Below, piece after piece: positions 26,895 through 35,931 of a stretch of DNA of 64,000 nt. The position numbers and the translations under genes are program-made. The notes under the pieces are model-generated. The model worked only from the letters and a program-made list of their open reading frames with translations, was not told the DNA's origin and searched no databases. Within the stretch, counting starts at the first letter, position 1, and each line of letters starts with the position of its first letter. Source of the DNA: a bacterium (GTDB taxonomy: Bacteria > Patescibacteriota > Minisyncoccia > JACQLN01); NCBI GenBank assembly GCA_030697795.1, contig JAUYOV010000001.1, positions 24,486 to 88,485 of the forward strand, given 5' to 3'.

Positions 26895-28609
26895 AAAATT
26901 TAAAATATAATATTCTTGCTGGGTTAATAATTACTTCGGCTTTAATATTAGCCGTTTTTTCGGTCAAAAACGATTCTGTAACCACCGATGAATCGCCTCA
27001 TGTTTCGGCTGGCTATTCCTACCTAACGCAAAAAGATATGCGCTTAAACCCAGAACATCCGCCTTTGATGAAAGATTTGGCGGCAATTCCCCTATTATTT
27101 AAAAAAATTAACTTTGATGCAGGGCATTATTCTTGGCAGAATGATATCAACGGCCAATGGACTTTTGGCACGCACTTTCTTTATGAAAGCGGAAACAACC
27201 CCGACAAGATAATTTTTAATGCCAGGCTCGCTGTAATGCTTATCTTTGTTTTGTTAGGCATTGTGGTTTATATATGGGCAAAAGAAAGATACGGCGGTAA
27301 AACCGGATTGTTTGCATTATTTTTAACTGTATTTTCGCCCAACATTATGGCGCATGGCCGTTATGTAACCACCGATGTCGCCGCCTCATTCGCTTTTGTT
27401 TTAGGTACTTACTTTTTTGTTAAGTTTATAAACAATCAAACAAAAAAGAATTTATTGTTTGCTGGCTTAGCGTTTGGCGTGGCTCAACTTTTAAAATTTT
27501 CTTTAATAATTTTGGTGCCATTATTTATTTTTACGGGACTCGTTTATTGGATAGTTTCAAAAAAGATTTCTTTCTCGCGACTTATCTTGTCCCTAGTGGC
27601 TATTTTTACTATTGGCTATTTGCTAGTCTGGCCAGTTTACCAATTTCACGTCTGGAAATATCCCGTCGAAAGGCAAAAAGCCGATACAACATTTACTTTG
27701 CGTTCTTACCCAGTTAAACCTTTGGCTAATGCTGTTATTTGGATGACGGATAAACCATTACTGCGCCCCTACGCTCAATATTCGCTTGGGCTTTTGATGG
27801 TTTTTCAAAGAACCGGCGGTGGCAACACAACTTATTATATGGGCGATGTGGCCTCTGTTGCTTGGAAAAGTTATTTCCCCATAATCTATCTGCTTAAAGA
27901 ACCCATTCCCATTTTAGCTTTAATAGCCCTCGCTGTTATTTCTGTTTTGCCGCGAAATAAGTGGCGTTGGTCATCAATTAAATTTTGGATTAGTAACAAT
28001 TTTACCGAATTTGTCTGGCTAACTTTTATAGTTATCTATTGGGGTTTAAGCATAAAAGGAAACTTAAATATTGGAGTCAGACATGTTTTGCCAACTTTTC
28101 CATTTATATATATGCTTACAGCTGGGCAAATTTCTAGCTGGGTTAAAACTGGTTTAAAACCAATAAAAGTTTTAGTTGTTTGTATTTTTGCCATATGGCT
28201 TGGTATGGAAACACTAAGCACTTACCCCTATTACCTTTCGTACTATAACGAATTCGCTAGTGGCCCAGATAACGGTTATAAATATGCGGTAGATTCCAAC
28301 CTAGATTGGGGGCAAGATTTAAAACGTTTAACAAATTTTGTTAATGAAAATAATATAGAAAAAATAAAACTAGATTATTTTGGCGGTGGCAACCCAGAAT
28401 ATTATTTAGGCAATAAATATGAACGTTTAGATGCTAACGATACTTCGCAACGCCACGGCTGGCTAGCAGTTTCGGCTACTCTATTACAAAACGGCCGAGC
28501 CACCGCCACCAAAGGCTTCCAAGGTGATACAACGTTCTATAAATGGTTAAACGATTACGAACCCGTAACTAAAATTGGGTATTCTATATTTGTTTTTAAA
28601 ATTGATTAA
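26891..28609 (+). CDS. GT39/PMT-like membrane glycosyltransferase
   Basis: 572 aa polytopic; TTDESPH loop motif; overlaps the upstream GT39 by 4 nt. Confidence 0.6.
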   Translation: MKNLKYNILAGLIITSALILAVFSVKNDSVTTDESPHVSAGYSYLTQKDMRLNPEHPPLMKDLAAIPLLFKKINFDAGHYSWQNDINGQWTFGTHFLYESGNNPDKIIFNARLAVMLIFVLLGIVVYIWAKERYGGKTGLFALFLTVFSPNIMAHGRYVTTDVAASFAFVLGTYFFVKFINNQTKKNLLFAGLAFGVAQLLKFSLIILVPLFIFTGLVYWIVSKKISFSRLILSLVAIFTIGYLLVWPVYQFHVWKYPVERQKADTTFTLRSYPVKPLANAVIWMTDKPLLRPYAQYSLGLLMVFQRTGGGNTTYYMGDVASVAWKSYFPIIYLLKEPIPILALIALAVISVLPRNKWRWSSIKFWISNNFTEFVWLTFIVIYWGLSIKGNLNIGVRHVLPTFPFIYMLTAGQISSWVKTGLKPIKVLVVCIFAIWLGMETLSTYPYYLSYYNEFASGPDNGYKYAVDSNLDWGQDLKRLTNFVNENNIEKIKLDYFGGGNPEYYLGNKYERLDANDTSQRHGWLAVSATLLQNGRATATKGFQGDTTFYKWLNDYEPVTKIGYSIFVFKID

Positions 28610-28800
28610 AAAAGACTTATATTTCTCTTTCTATCGAAGTTCCACTTCGATAGGTTTTAATGTCTTAGATAACTTTGACTTTTACCACAATATTTGCCAT
28701 ACTAATTATAGCGTTTGGAGGGTTCGCCCTCTCACAGCTTTCAAGCTGTAGCCAGACGCTAACAAAGAACCCGCCTTTTGGCGGATTTTTTGTTTTAAAT

Positions 28801-29133
28801 TTATAGCCGATCTTTTACCATACGAATCAAATCATACTCATTGTGATATATACCGTGACGAGAGAAAACAAGGATTTTGTATGATTCTCCCTTAATTAAT
28901 TGAAAAATAACTCTATATCCTTTTGATTTGCCAATATTTTCTCGCAAAGGAATAACTCTTCCTTTATATATTTTTAACCCACCAAACCCAGGAAACAGAT
29001 CAATCCCGGGTGTTTCTTTAATACCCTTTAGGCAAAAAAGACGTTCCCATGCTTCTAACGATTCTTGTGGAGTTGGAAACCGTCGCAAGTTTCTGAAATC
29101 TTTTTCAATATCATTATGCCGAGACAACTCCAT
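28801..29133 (-). CDS. RelE/ParE-superfamily toxin-like protein
   Basis: 110 aa; KGYRVIFQLIKGESYKILVFSRHGIY resembles the RelE/ParE core; 12 nt downstream of the Panacea-domain gene. Confidence 0.5.
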   Translation of the reverse strand: MELSRHNDIEKDFRNLRRFPTPQESLEAWERLFCLKGIKETPGIDLFPGFGGLKIYKGRVIPLRENIGKSKGYRVIFQLIKGESYKILVFSRHGIYHNEYDLIRMVKDRL

Positions 29134-29145
29134 GAATATTCTTGA

Positions 29146-29658
29146 TCAAATATTTGCCATCTCGCCGTATTTGTTACGATAGAGAGATAAATTATAATCA
29201 ATAACCTCATTTGGCTTAGTAGCAATCCACGGAGCTTCACCGTGACTGGCATTTTTCATTTCTGATCCAGTAAATTTATCCCACTTAACGGCAATTTCTT
29301 CAAGCATTAACAATTCTTCTTTTTCAAAAACATTTACATCAAAATCAGCCACTAAAACTTCGATGTGCTGTTGATCATTATATCCATTTCCAATTTTTCG
29401 TTTAGTGATTTTTATCTCTTGCCCATCCATCTCTTTAAGAATTTTTTCTGCCATACGAGGTACAGGTCCGTTTTCAAAACGAAGATATTCATCACCAGTA
29501 ACTGAACGGCCATATTTTTCAAAGAAATCAAAGTCTAGATAATATAAAAGCTTCATCATTTTGAGCTTACCCAAAGTGCCATTCTGAATCCTTTTTGCAA
29601 AGAAAATAATGGCGTTTCTATACTTTTTTTGATTGATTTTAGTTACATTTTTAACCAT
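29146..29658 (-). CDS. Panacea (DUF4065, SocA-like) domain antitoxin-type protein
   Basis: KMMKLLYYLDFDFFEKYGRSVTGDEYLRFENGPVP matches the Panacea/SocA domain. Confidence 0.6.
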   Translation of the reverse strand: MVKNVTKINQKKYRNAIIFFAKRIQNGTLGKLKMMKLLYYLDFDFFEKYGRSVTGDEYLRFENGPVPRMAEKILKEMDGQEIKITKRKIGNGYNDQQHIEVLVADFDVNVFEKEELLMLEEIAVKWDKFTGSEMKNASHGEAPWIATKPNEVIDYNLSLYRNKYGEMANI

Positions 29659-29715
29659 ACATATATAATACGCCTTTCTCTTAAATTCTACAACTTAGGG
29701 CAAACAATGACTTCT

Positions 29716-29853
29716 TCTACGCTACTACTCCAAAACGGCGGAGCTAACGCCATAAAAGATTTTAAAGGAAGTACCACGCAGTATAACTGGCTAAATGCCT
29801 ACGAACCCACAGCAAAAATTGGGTATTCTATATTTATGTATAAAATAGATTAA
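29716..29853 (+). pseudogene. orphan duplicate of the 3' end of the GT39 gene 26891..28609
   Basis: Encodes STLLLQNGGANAIKDFKGSTTQYNWLNAYEPTAKIGYSIFMYKID*, compared with the GT39 C-terminus ATLLQNGRATATKGFQGDTTFYKWLNDYEPVTKIGYSIFVFKID*. Confidence 0.55.
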
Positions 29854-29911
29854 CCACACACCTAGCAAGGATGGTCATTGCTAGGTGAGGAATGGCTTTT
29901 ACTAATTTAAA

Positions 29912-30343
29912 CTATTTTCTGTAACTTTTTATTAAACTCAAACACTCTCCATAAGCTTCTGCCTTTCCACCAATAAACTCATTTAGTCCATATTCTTCTA
30001 TTTTGTTGCTCTCTGGTAATTTTTCCCTGTAATCCTTTCTATAACTTTTTACTAATTCTGCAACGTGTAGCTCTAAAGATTTATTGGTTATTTTTTCAAT
30101 AAAACCCCTTGCTATTATTAATTCAATCGTCTCCTCATATAAATCTTGCAAGTTTTCCCAGAGTTGAAATGTTTGGTATTTGTCATCTTCTTGAAGATTC
30201 TCCCACTCATCCGGTTCAATTTCCACAAAATTATCATCCTCTTCAGCATATTCATGGTTCATTACGAGGAATGGAAAATAAAAATCGGGATGCTGGTGCA
30301 AATATTTTAATATTTGAATTGCAAGTTCTCTACTTATGTCCAT
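29912..30343 (-). CDS. hypothetical acidic protein
   Basis: 143-aa ORF, no recognised domain. Confidence 0.3.
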   Translation of the reverse strand: MDISRELAIQILKYLHQHPDFYFPFLVMNHEYAEEDDNFVEIEPDEWENLQEDDKYQTFQLWENLQDLYEETIELIIARGFIEKITNKSLELHVAELVKSYRKDYREKLPESNKIEEYGLNEFIGGKAEAYGECLSLIKSYRK

Positions 30344-30377
30344 ACTCGATCTTTGATCAAGTATTAGGTAAAGTCAA

Positions 30378-31394
30378 CTATCTAACTCTGTATACACCTC
30401 TACCCATAAATTCAAGATAATTTTTGTCACGTAAAACCTGTAATTGTTGACGAATTTTATCCTTATGGTTTGGGCTACTTTCTGCCACAAGAACTGTAAG
30501 TGCGGTAAGCGCGGAAGGAGTTATCTTTTTAGTATCTAGAATATTCGCTTGTCTTAAAAACCAAGCAAACGCAAAAGCACCCGATCGTTTATTGCCATCG
30601 ATAAATGGGTGATCTTTAACTATAAAATATAACAAATGTGCCGCTTTTTCTTCTGCGCTTTCATATAATTCCTTACCGCCAAAAGTCTGCATTACATTAC
30701 CAACAATTCCTGCCACAGAACCCTTGCTTCTTTCCGTACCAAAAATATTAGTGGCTTCTTTTTTATGAATAAGCTCTGCTTTTAGTTTATTTAAACTATC
30801 GGTAATTTTCTCTGCAGTTAACTCAACTTTCTTTTTTGTTAATTTTCCTTTTGGTAAAATGCCTTTGTCGTAAGCATCAAGCGATAACCAAGTATCCGCA
30901 AAAAGCGATATAAGTTCAATGGCGTCTCCCGCGTTCACACTAGACCCTACAGGTAAAATCTTTTTAATGTTTTCTACAATGCTTAAAAACTGTTCGTAAT
31001 TTTTAGCAATTCGGTTTTTGTTTATAGCAAAACCATCTACAACATAGCTTTTTAGTGTTTTAGTTGCCCACTGGCGAAAAATAGTTGCTTTTTTGCTATT
31101 AACCCGATAACCAACCGATAAAATCATATCAAGATTATAGAATTGCACTTGATATATTTTTCCATCGTCGGCAGTATGTGCAAATTTTGCACATACTGAA
31201 GTAGCATCTAATTCTTTATCTTTTAGGATATTTCTAATATGCTTTGTCACAACCGAACGTTCAGCCTGAAAAACCTCGGATATTTGAGCCTGCGTAGCCC
31301 AGATAGTTTCGTGCGTAAAATCACCCCGAAACTCAATAGCTCCGCTTTTTGCTTGATAAATCACTAATTCCTTATTTTTCTTTATATTCTTCAT
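30378..31394 (-). CDS. RhuM-like N-terminal domain fused to a Fic/Doc domain
   Basis: N-terminus LVIYQAKSGAIEFRGD...ETIWATQAQISEVF is RhuM-like; C-terminus HPFIDGNKRSG is the Fic/Doc motif. Confidence 0.7.
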   Translation of the reverse strand: MKNIKKNKELVIYQAKSGAIEFRGDFTHETIWATQAQISEVFQAERSVVTKHIRNILKDKELDATSVCAKFAHTADDGKIYQVQFYNLDMILSVGYRVNSKKATIFRQWATKTLKSYVVDGFAINKNRIAKNYEQFLSIVENIKKILPVGSSVNAGDAIELISLFADTWLSLDAYDKGILPKGKLTKKKVELTAEKITDSLNKLKAELIHKKEATNIFGTERSKGSVAGIVGNVMQTFGGKELYESAEEKAAHLLYFIVKDHPFIDGNKRSGAFAFAWFLRQANILDTKKITPSALTALTVLVAESSPNHKDKIRQQLQVLRDKNYLEFMGRGVYRVR

Positions 31395-31999
31395 TTAAAC
31401 TTATAGTAAACCTTATTCTGAATGCGTAGATCTAAATAATCCAACAAAGCGGTTGGGCCGGTTTTTTTAATTTCGCCTAACGATTGTTTTAAAGTTTCTA
31501 AGGTTTTATATATATTCTCGCTTAAATTTAAACGCAAGACCCAGCCTTCGCTGGTTGTAAAATCAAAATCGGAATAATTGGAATCTTCGGTTTTAGTGTC
31601 TAATAATTTAATTTCAAACTTTGTTGCTAATTCCTCTTTTAAAAAATTTATTTTACCTAAAGTATTTGGGTCCAAAAGTTTATCGCCAACTTTAAGCTCT
31701 TTATTTGTTTTATCTTCTACAACCGGAACCATATTGCCACTAACCTTAGCCCCTTCGTTAAAAGAAACGCCTTCCTTGTTTAACCAAAAACACTTTCCTG
31801 TTTGGCATAAAACTGCCGACAAGGTTTTATCTATAGAATTTTCTTCTTTTACTTCTTGGCTAACAGTATGCTTTTTAAAATAGAAAAATATTCCAGTAAT
31901 TAAGGCTAGGGTTAAAAACAAAAGTGGCCCCGCATAGCTAGGGACTTTTACTTTTGAAAAAACATTTTCTTTTTGCGCAAGACGGAATTTTTCAGCCAT
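31391..31999 (-). CDS. membrane-anchored hypothetical protein
   Basis: 202 aa, single N-terminal TM; overlaps the RhuM-Doc gene by 4 nt (co-transcribed); weak resemblance to FtsQ-like layout only. Confidence 0.3.
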   Translation of the reverse strand: MAEKFRLAQKENVFSKVKVPSYAGPLLFLTLALITGIFFYFKKHTVSQEVKEENSIDKTLSAVLCQTGKCFWLNKEGVSFNEGAKVSGNMVPVVEDKTNKELKVGDKLLDPNTLGKINFLKEELATKFEIKLLDTKTEDSNYSDFDFTTSEGWVLRLNLSENIYKTLETLKQSLGEIKKTGPTALLDYLDLRIQNKVYYKFK

Positions 32000-32105
32000 T
32001 TGAAAAAACTCTAAATACTAAAAACTAAATTCTAAACAAACCCCAATTCTCAAAACCCAAAACTGTTTAGAACTTAGAATTTATAATTTGTTTAGAGTTT
32101 AGATA

Positions 32106-33389
32106 TTAGGATTTGGGATTTATGGATTTAAAGGTAAGGTATCTTTGCAGATTCTTTGGAATAGTTACCGAACCATCCTCTTTTTGATTGTTTTCTAATA
32201 TGGCAATTATAGCGCGTGAAGTAGCCACAGCTGTGCCGTTTAATGTATGAACAAAGTCTGTATCGCCATTTGGTAAACGATATTTAATATTTAAGTTTCT
32301 AGCTTGGTAATCTGTGGTGTTAGAAGTAGATGTAACTTCGCCCCATTCGCCTTGTGGTGAGCCTGCTGTCGAACCACCTCTACCCGGCATCCAAGCTTCT
32401 AAATCGTATTTGGCAGCAGCTTGCGCGCCTAAATCGCCAGTGCACATTTCTAAAACACGGTAAGGAATATTTAAACCTTGGAAAATTCTTTCTTCCAAAC
32501 ACAAAATTTCTGCGTGCATATTTTTAGATTCTTCGGGCGTGGTAAAGGCAAACATTTCCACCTTGGTAAATTGGTGTACTCTATATAACCCCTTGGAATA
32601 TTTGCCATATGCGCCAGCTTCTCGGCGGAAACAATGCGATAATCCAGCATATTTTTTAGGTAACACTTTTGAATCTAAAATTTCATCGGCATGATAGCCC
32701 GCCAAAGCAACTTCGGCGGTAGCAATCAAACCTAAATCGGAATCTGTAATTTCGTAGGTTTGAGCTTCGTCGCCTTTTGGCAAATAACCTGTGCCTAAAT
32801 AATATTTAGAACGAACTATATCTGGCGTAAACAAAACTTCAAAACCTTCTTCGCGTAGTAAATCTAGCGTATAAGTTATTAAAGCTAGTTCTAACATTGC
32901 GCCTTCATTTTTTAAATAGAAAAATTGGCTACCGGCAACTTTGGCGCCCGCTTCAAAATCTACCATGCCCAAACTTTCAGCCAACTCTAAATGGTCTTTG
33001 GGTTTAAAAGAAAATTCTGGAATATTGCCAACAGCTCTTATTTCTTTATTGCCCTTATCGCCCACGCCTTCTGGAACTTCATCAAATGCGGGGTTTGGTA
33101 TTTGCGAAAATTTTTCCGCAAGATCACTGGCTACAACATCTAATTCTTTTTCCTTAACTTTTATTTTTTCTTTTAAGCTTCTGCCCTTTTCTCTATCTTC
33201 TTCGGAGGTCTCTTGACCTAAAGCAGATATTTCTTTAGCCATACGCCTAATCTCTTCGGTTTCCTGTATAAGAGCGCGGCGACGCTTATCGATTTCTAAA
33301 ATTTCATCAACATCAATTTTATAACCCTTTCTGCGAATGGCTTCTTTAATATAGTCTGGTTTTTCTCGTAATAACTTAATGTCTATCAT
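32106..33389 (-). CDS. serS: seryl-tRNA synthetase
   Basis: 427 aa; N-terminal coiled-coil arm MIDIKLLREKPDYIKEAIRRKG, class II core motifs (GLSHCFRREAG..., GDLGAQAAAKYDLEAW). Confidence 0.9.
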   Translation of the reverse strand: MIDIKLLREKPDYIKEAIRRKGYKIDVDEILEIDKRRRALIQETEEIRRMAKEISALGQETSEEDREKGRSLKEKIKVKEKELDVVASDLAEKFSQIPNPAFDEVPEGVGDKGNKEIRAVGNIPEFSFKPKDHLELAESLGMVDFEAGAKVAGSQFFYLKNEGAMLELALITYTLDLLREEGFEVLFTPDIVRSKYYLGTGYLPKGDEAQTYEITDSDLGLIATAEVALAGYHADEILDSKVLPKKYAGLSHCFRREAGAYGKYSKGLYRVHQFTKVEMFAFTTPEESKNMHAEILCLEERIFQGLNIPYRVLEMCTGDLGAQAAAKYDLEAWMPGRGGSTAGSPQGEWGEVTSTSNTTDYQARNLNIKYRLPNGDTDFVHTLNGTAVATSRAIIAILENNQKEDGSVTIPKNLQRYLTFKSINPKS

Positions 33390-33503
33390 ATTATTTTTTC
33401 ATAAACGCTTGCTCTCCGAAGCTAATGCCCTACTACGCTCCTCCTTCGCCAAGGCTACGGAAGGACACGGTAAAGCTTCGCAGGGCTCTCCTTCGCTATT
33501 GTA

Positions 33504-34862
33504 TTAAATATCTTTATTTTTGGGGCGAAGGAGAGGGAATAATATCACATCTCTAATATTGGTATGTTCACCTATTATCATAGCTAACCTGTCGATACCA
33601 ATACCCAAACCAGCCGCTGGGGGCATCCCATATTCTAACGCTTCCAAAAAATTCTCGTCTAGGCGTGTAACTTCTTTATTGCCACCTCTGAAAGCCTGTT
33701 CTTGGCGTTCCATTTGTTCGCGCTGTATTAAAGGATCATTCATTTCCGAAAAACCTTTAACAACTTCCGAACCATTTAAAACCAATTGAAAGCTTTCGGT
33801 TAATTTTGGATCGCCTTCTTTTAATTTAGCCAGAGGCATTATGCTTTCTGGATAATGCGTAATAAACATCGGGCCTGCTATTTTGGCTCTAACTTCTTTT
33901 TTATAAAATTCGTCTAATTCGGACGGATCAACCTCGGTATATTTTTTGCCAGTTTTTTCTTTAAATATTTTAGAAAAATCTTTAGTTTGCCATTGGCCCT
34001 TTATCCATTTTTTAAGAAGCTTTTGAGTAAACTTCATTAAACCTTTGTAATCTTGGTAGGCCCAATAAAGTTCTAACATAGTAAACTCTGGATTATGTAC
34101 TGGGCTTATGCCTTCGTTTCTAAAACATCGGCCTATTTCGAATATTTTTTCAAAACCCCCCACCAATAAGCGCTTTAAATAAAGTTCGGGCGCCACGCGT
34201 AAATATAAATCTATATCTAGCGCGTTTAAATGAGTTTTAAATGGTTCGGCCAAAGCGCCACCAGCCAATGGTTGCAACATCGGAGTTTCTACTTCCATAA
34301 AGCCTGCTTTGGCTAAAAACTTTCTGATATCGCTTATTAGTTGCGAACGATTTTTAAAAGATGCCTTAACGCCTTTGTTTAGAATTAAATCTATATAACG
34401 ATGGCGCATTCTTTCTTCTATATCTTTTAAGCCAAACCATTCTTCGGGCAGTGGACGCAAGGTTTTTACCACAATTTTAAAGCTATCAACTTCTAAAGTT
34501 TTGGTGTCTTGCTTAGTTTTAAATAATTTGCCGCCAACTTCTATAAAATCGCCCACATCGGTAGTGGTTTCGAATAATTTAAAAACTTCCTCGCCTAAGC
34601 GATCTTTCTGTAAAAAAACCTGCACTTCGCCGGTATTATCTTCTAAATCTAAAAAAGCCGATCCGCCGTGTAAGCGCATAGCTTTAATACGCCCGGCCAA
34701 AAATACAGGTGTGGCCGAAGCTATTAAAGAATCAAAATTTTCGTGAATATAAGAATTCGTATAATCCTTACGCACCCGAGCGGGATAAGGGTATTTACCC
34801 GCGTCTTTTAGAGCTTTAAGTTTGGATATTCTAGTATCCCTAAGTTCATCTAATGATGCCAT
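33504..34862 (-). CDS. lysS: lysyl-tRNA synthetase, class II
   Basis: 452 aa; motif 3 YGMPPAAGLGIGIDRLAMIIGEHTNIRDVILFP; N-terminal OB anticodon-binding region. Confidence 0.9.
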   Translation of the reverse strand: MASLDELRDTRISKLKALKDAGKYPYPARVRKDYTNSYIHENFDSLIASATPVFLAGRIKAMRLHGGSAFLDLEDNTGEVQVFLQKDRLGEEVFKLFETTTDVGDFIEVGGKLFKTKQDTKTLEVDSFKIVVKTLRPLPEEWFGLKDIEERMRHRYIDLILNKGVKASFKNRSQLISDIRKFLAKAGFMEVETPMLQPLAGGALAEPFKTHLNALDIDLYLRVAPELYLKRLLVGGFEKIFEIGRCFRNEGISPVHNPEFTMLELYWAYQDYKGLMKFTQKLLKKWIKGQWQTKDFSKIFKEKTGKKYTEVDPSELDEFYKKEVRAKIAGPMFITHYPESIMPLAKLKEGDPKLTESFQLVLNGSEVVKGFSEMNDPLIQREQMERQEQAFRGGNKEVTRLDENFLEALEYGMPPAAGLGIGIDRLAMIIGEHTNIRDVILFPLLRPKNKDI

Positions 34863-34949
34863 TAATGTATTTTAGCTTTTAAAGCAACTTGGGTCAAAGT
34901 CATTTAAACAAAAAGACCGAGGAAAGTTATTCTTTCCTCGGTCAAAACT

Positions 34950-35126
34950 CTATATCCTCCTCGGTTTGTTCTGAGAAGGGTTATCGGTCATGGTGTTCTG
35001 GGTAAGTTCTCCCTCTGGCGGACGCAGTGAAGGATCAATGTGAGACAAACTCGCACGAAGCGAGTTCAACTCCCCAATCGAAAGCGGCCGTTGCATTTCT
35101 CTGCTCCCGAATATGCTGTTATCCAT
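34950..35126 (-). CDS. small ORF (58 aa) in a standalone transcription unit; possible small protein, or the region is an ncRNA
   Basis: Minus-strand tataat-like box near 35185, AAGG RBS 4-5 nt before the ATG at 35126, 12-bp-stem intrinsic terminator at 34907..34940; ~50% GC; no homology recognised. Confidence 0.25.
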   Translation of the reverse strand: MDNSIFGSREMQRPLSIGELNSLRASLSHIDPSLRPPEGELTQNTMTDNPSQNKPRRI

Positions 35127-35231
35127 ATAGCCTTCTCCCCAGAAGGTTGAGTGGAATTGATAAAAGAACACTAGCCAAGCTAGTTTTTATATTATACAAA
35201 ATCCATTTAAAAAGACAAATTTAACAAATCC

Positions 35232-35702
35232 TCACTTTATCGCTAAGATTTTATATTTTAGCTTACCCATTGGCGTTACAGCTTCAACCTCTTCGCCGGG
35301 TAATCTAAAAAGAAACGCTTTACCTAACGGCGATTCGTTGGATATTTTATTTTGCATAGGGTCGGCACCATTCGAACCCACAATAGTATAAATTATTTTA
35401 TCGCCTTTTTCGTTTTTGACTTCTATAGTATCGCCTACTTCTATGGCAACCCTAGCTCCCGCCTTGTTTTTGTTTTCATCTATAATAACCGAAGTTTTTA
35501 CCAATTCTTCTAGTTCTCTTATTCTGCCTTCATTAAAAGCTTGAGCTTCGCGAGATTCTAAATATTCGGCGTTTTCGGAAAGATCTCCCAACGACTTAGC
35601 TTCTTCGATACGTTCTGCAATTTCGTGGCGTTTAACTGTTTTTAATTCGTGTAATTCTTCTTTAAATGTATCTAAATCGGCTTGAGAAATATATTTTTGC
35701 AT
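35232..35702 (-). CDS. greA: transcription elongation factor GreA
   Basis: MQKYISQADLDTFKEELHELK...SENAEY...; start moved to the internal Met because the track ORF extends into the upstream structured region. Confidence 0.85.
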   Translation of the reverse strand: MQKYISQADLDTFKEELHELKTVKRHEIAERIEEAKSLGDLSENAEYLESREAQAFNEGRIRELEELVKTSVIIDENKNKAGARVAIEVGDTIEVKNEKGDKIIYTIVGSNGADPMQNKISNESPLGKAFLFRLPGEEVEAVTPMGKLKYKILAIK

Positions 35703-35741
35703 ATTTGTCTGTGAGCGTAGCGAATAGCTACAAATATGCAA

Positions 35742-35895
35742 CCCCGCTCCAATTTTGCCGTGATAATTTGTTTGATCTTAAAAAAATAACAAAGTTGATC
35801 TAATTTCTGTGAAGCGCGTGTGCGAATAGCACATGCCTTGATGGGCGAAGCGCTTCGCCATAAACTATTTTGCAAAATTGGCGTGGGGTTGCTTA
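35742..35895 (-). ncRNA. candidate structured RNA (terminal ~20-bp inverted repeat closing a ~150-nt element)
   Basis: caaccccgctccaattttgc (35742..) pairs with gcaaaattggcgtggggttg (35871..); internal perfect 16-bp palindrome ggcgaagcgcttcgcc; lies between the folD terminator hairpin and greA. Confidence 0.3.
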
Positions 35896-35931
35896 CATTT
35901 ATTTATTAATAAAACACCAATGTGATTGGTG

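Noticed and set aside
33390-33503. GC-rich 110-nt spacer between lysS and serS as a T-box or attenuator
   Set aside because: No T-box consensus (AATTAGGGTGGNACCGCG) or specifier-loop architecture is found. There is only partial self-complementarity
34950-35171. Extended 73-aa version of the small ORF between lysS and greA
   Set aside because: The N-terminal extension lies upstream of the RBS and promoter-like box; the shorter ATG at 35126 was used
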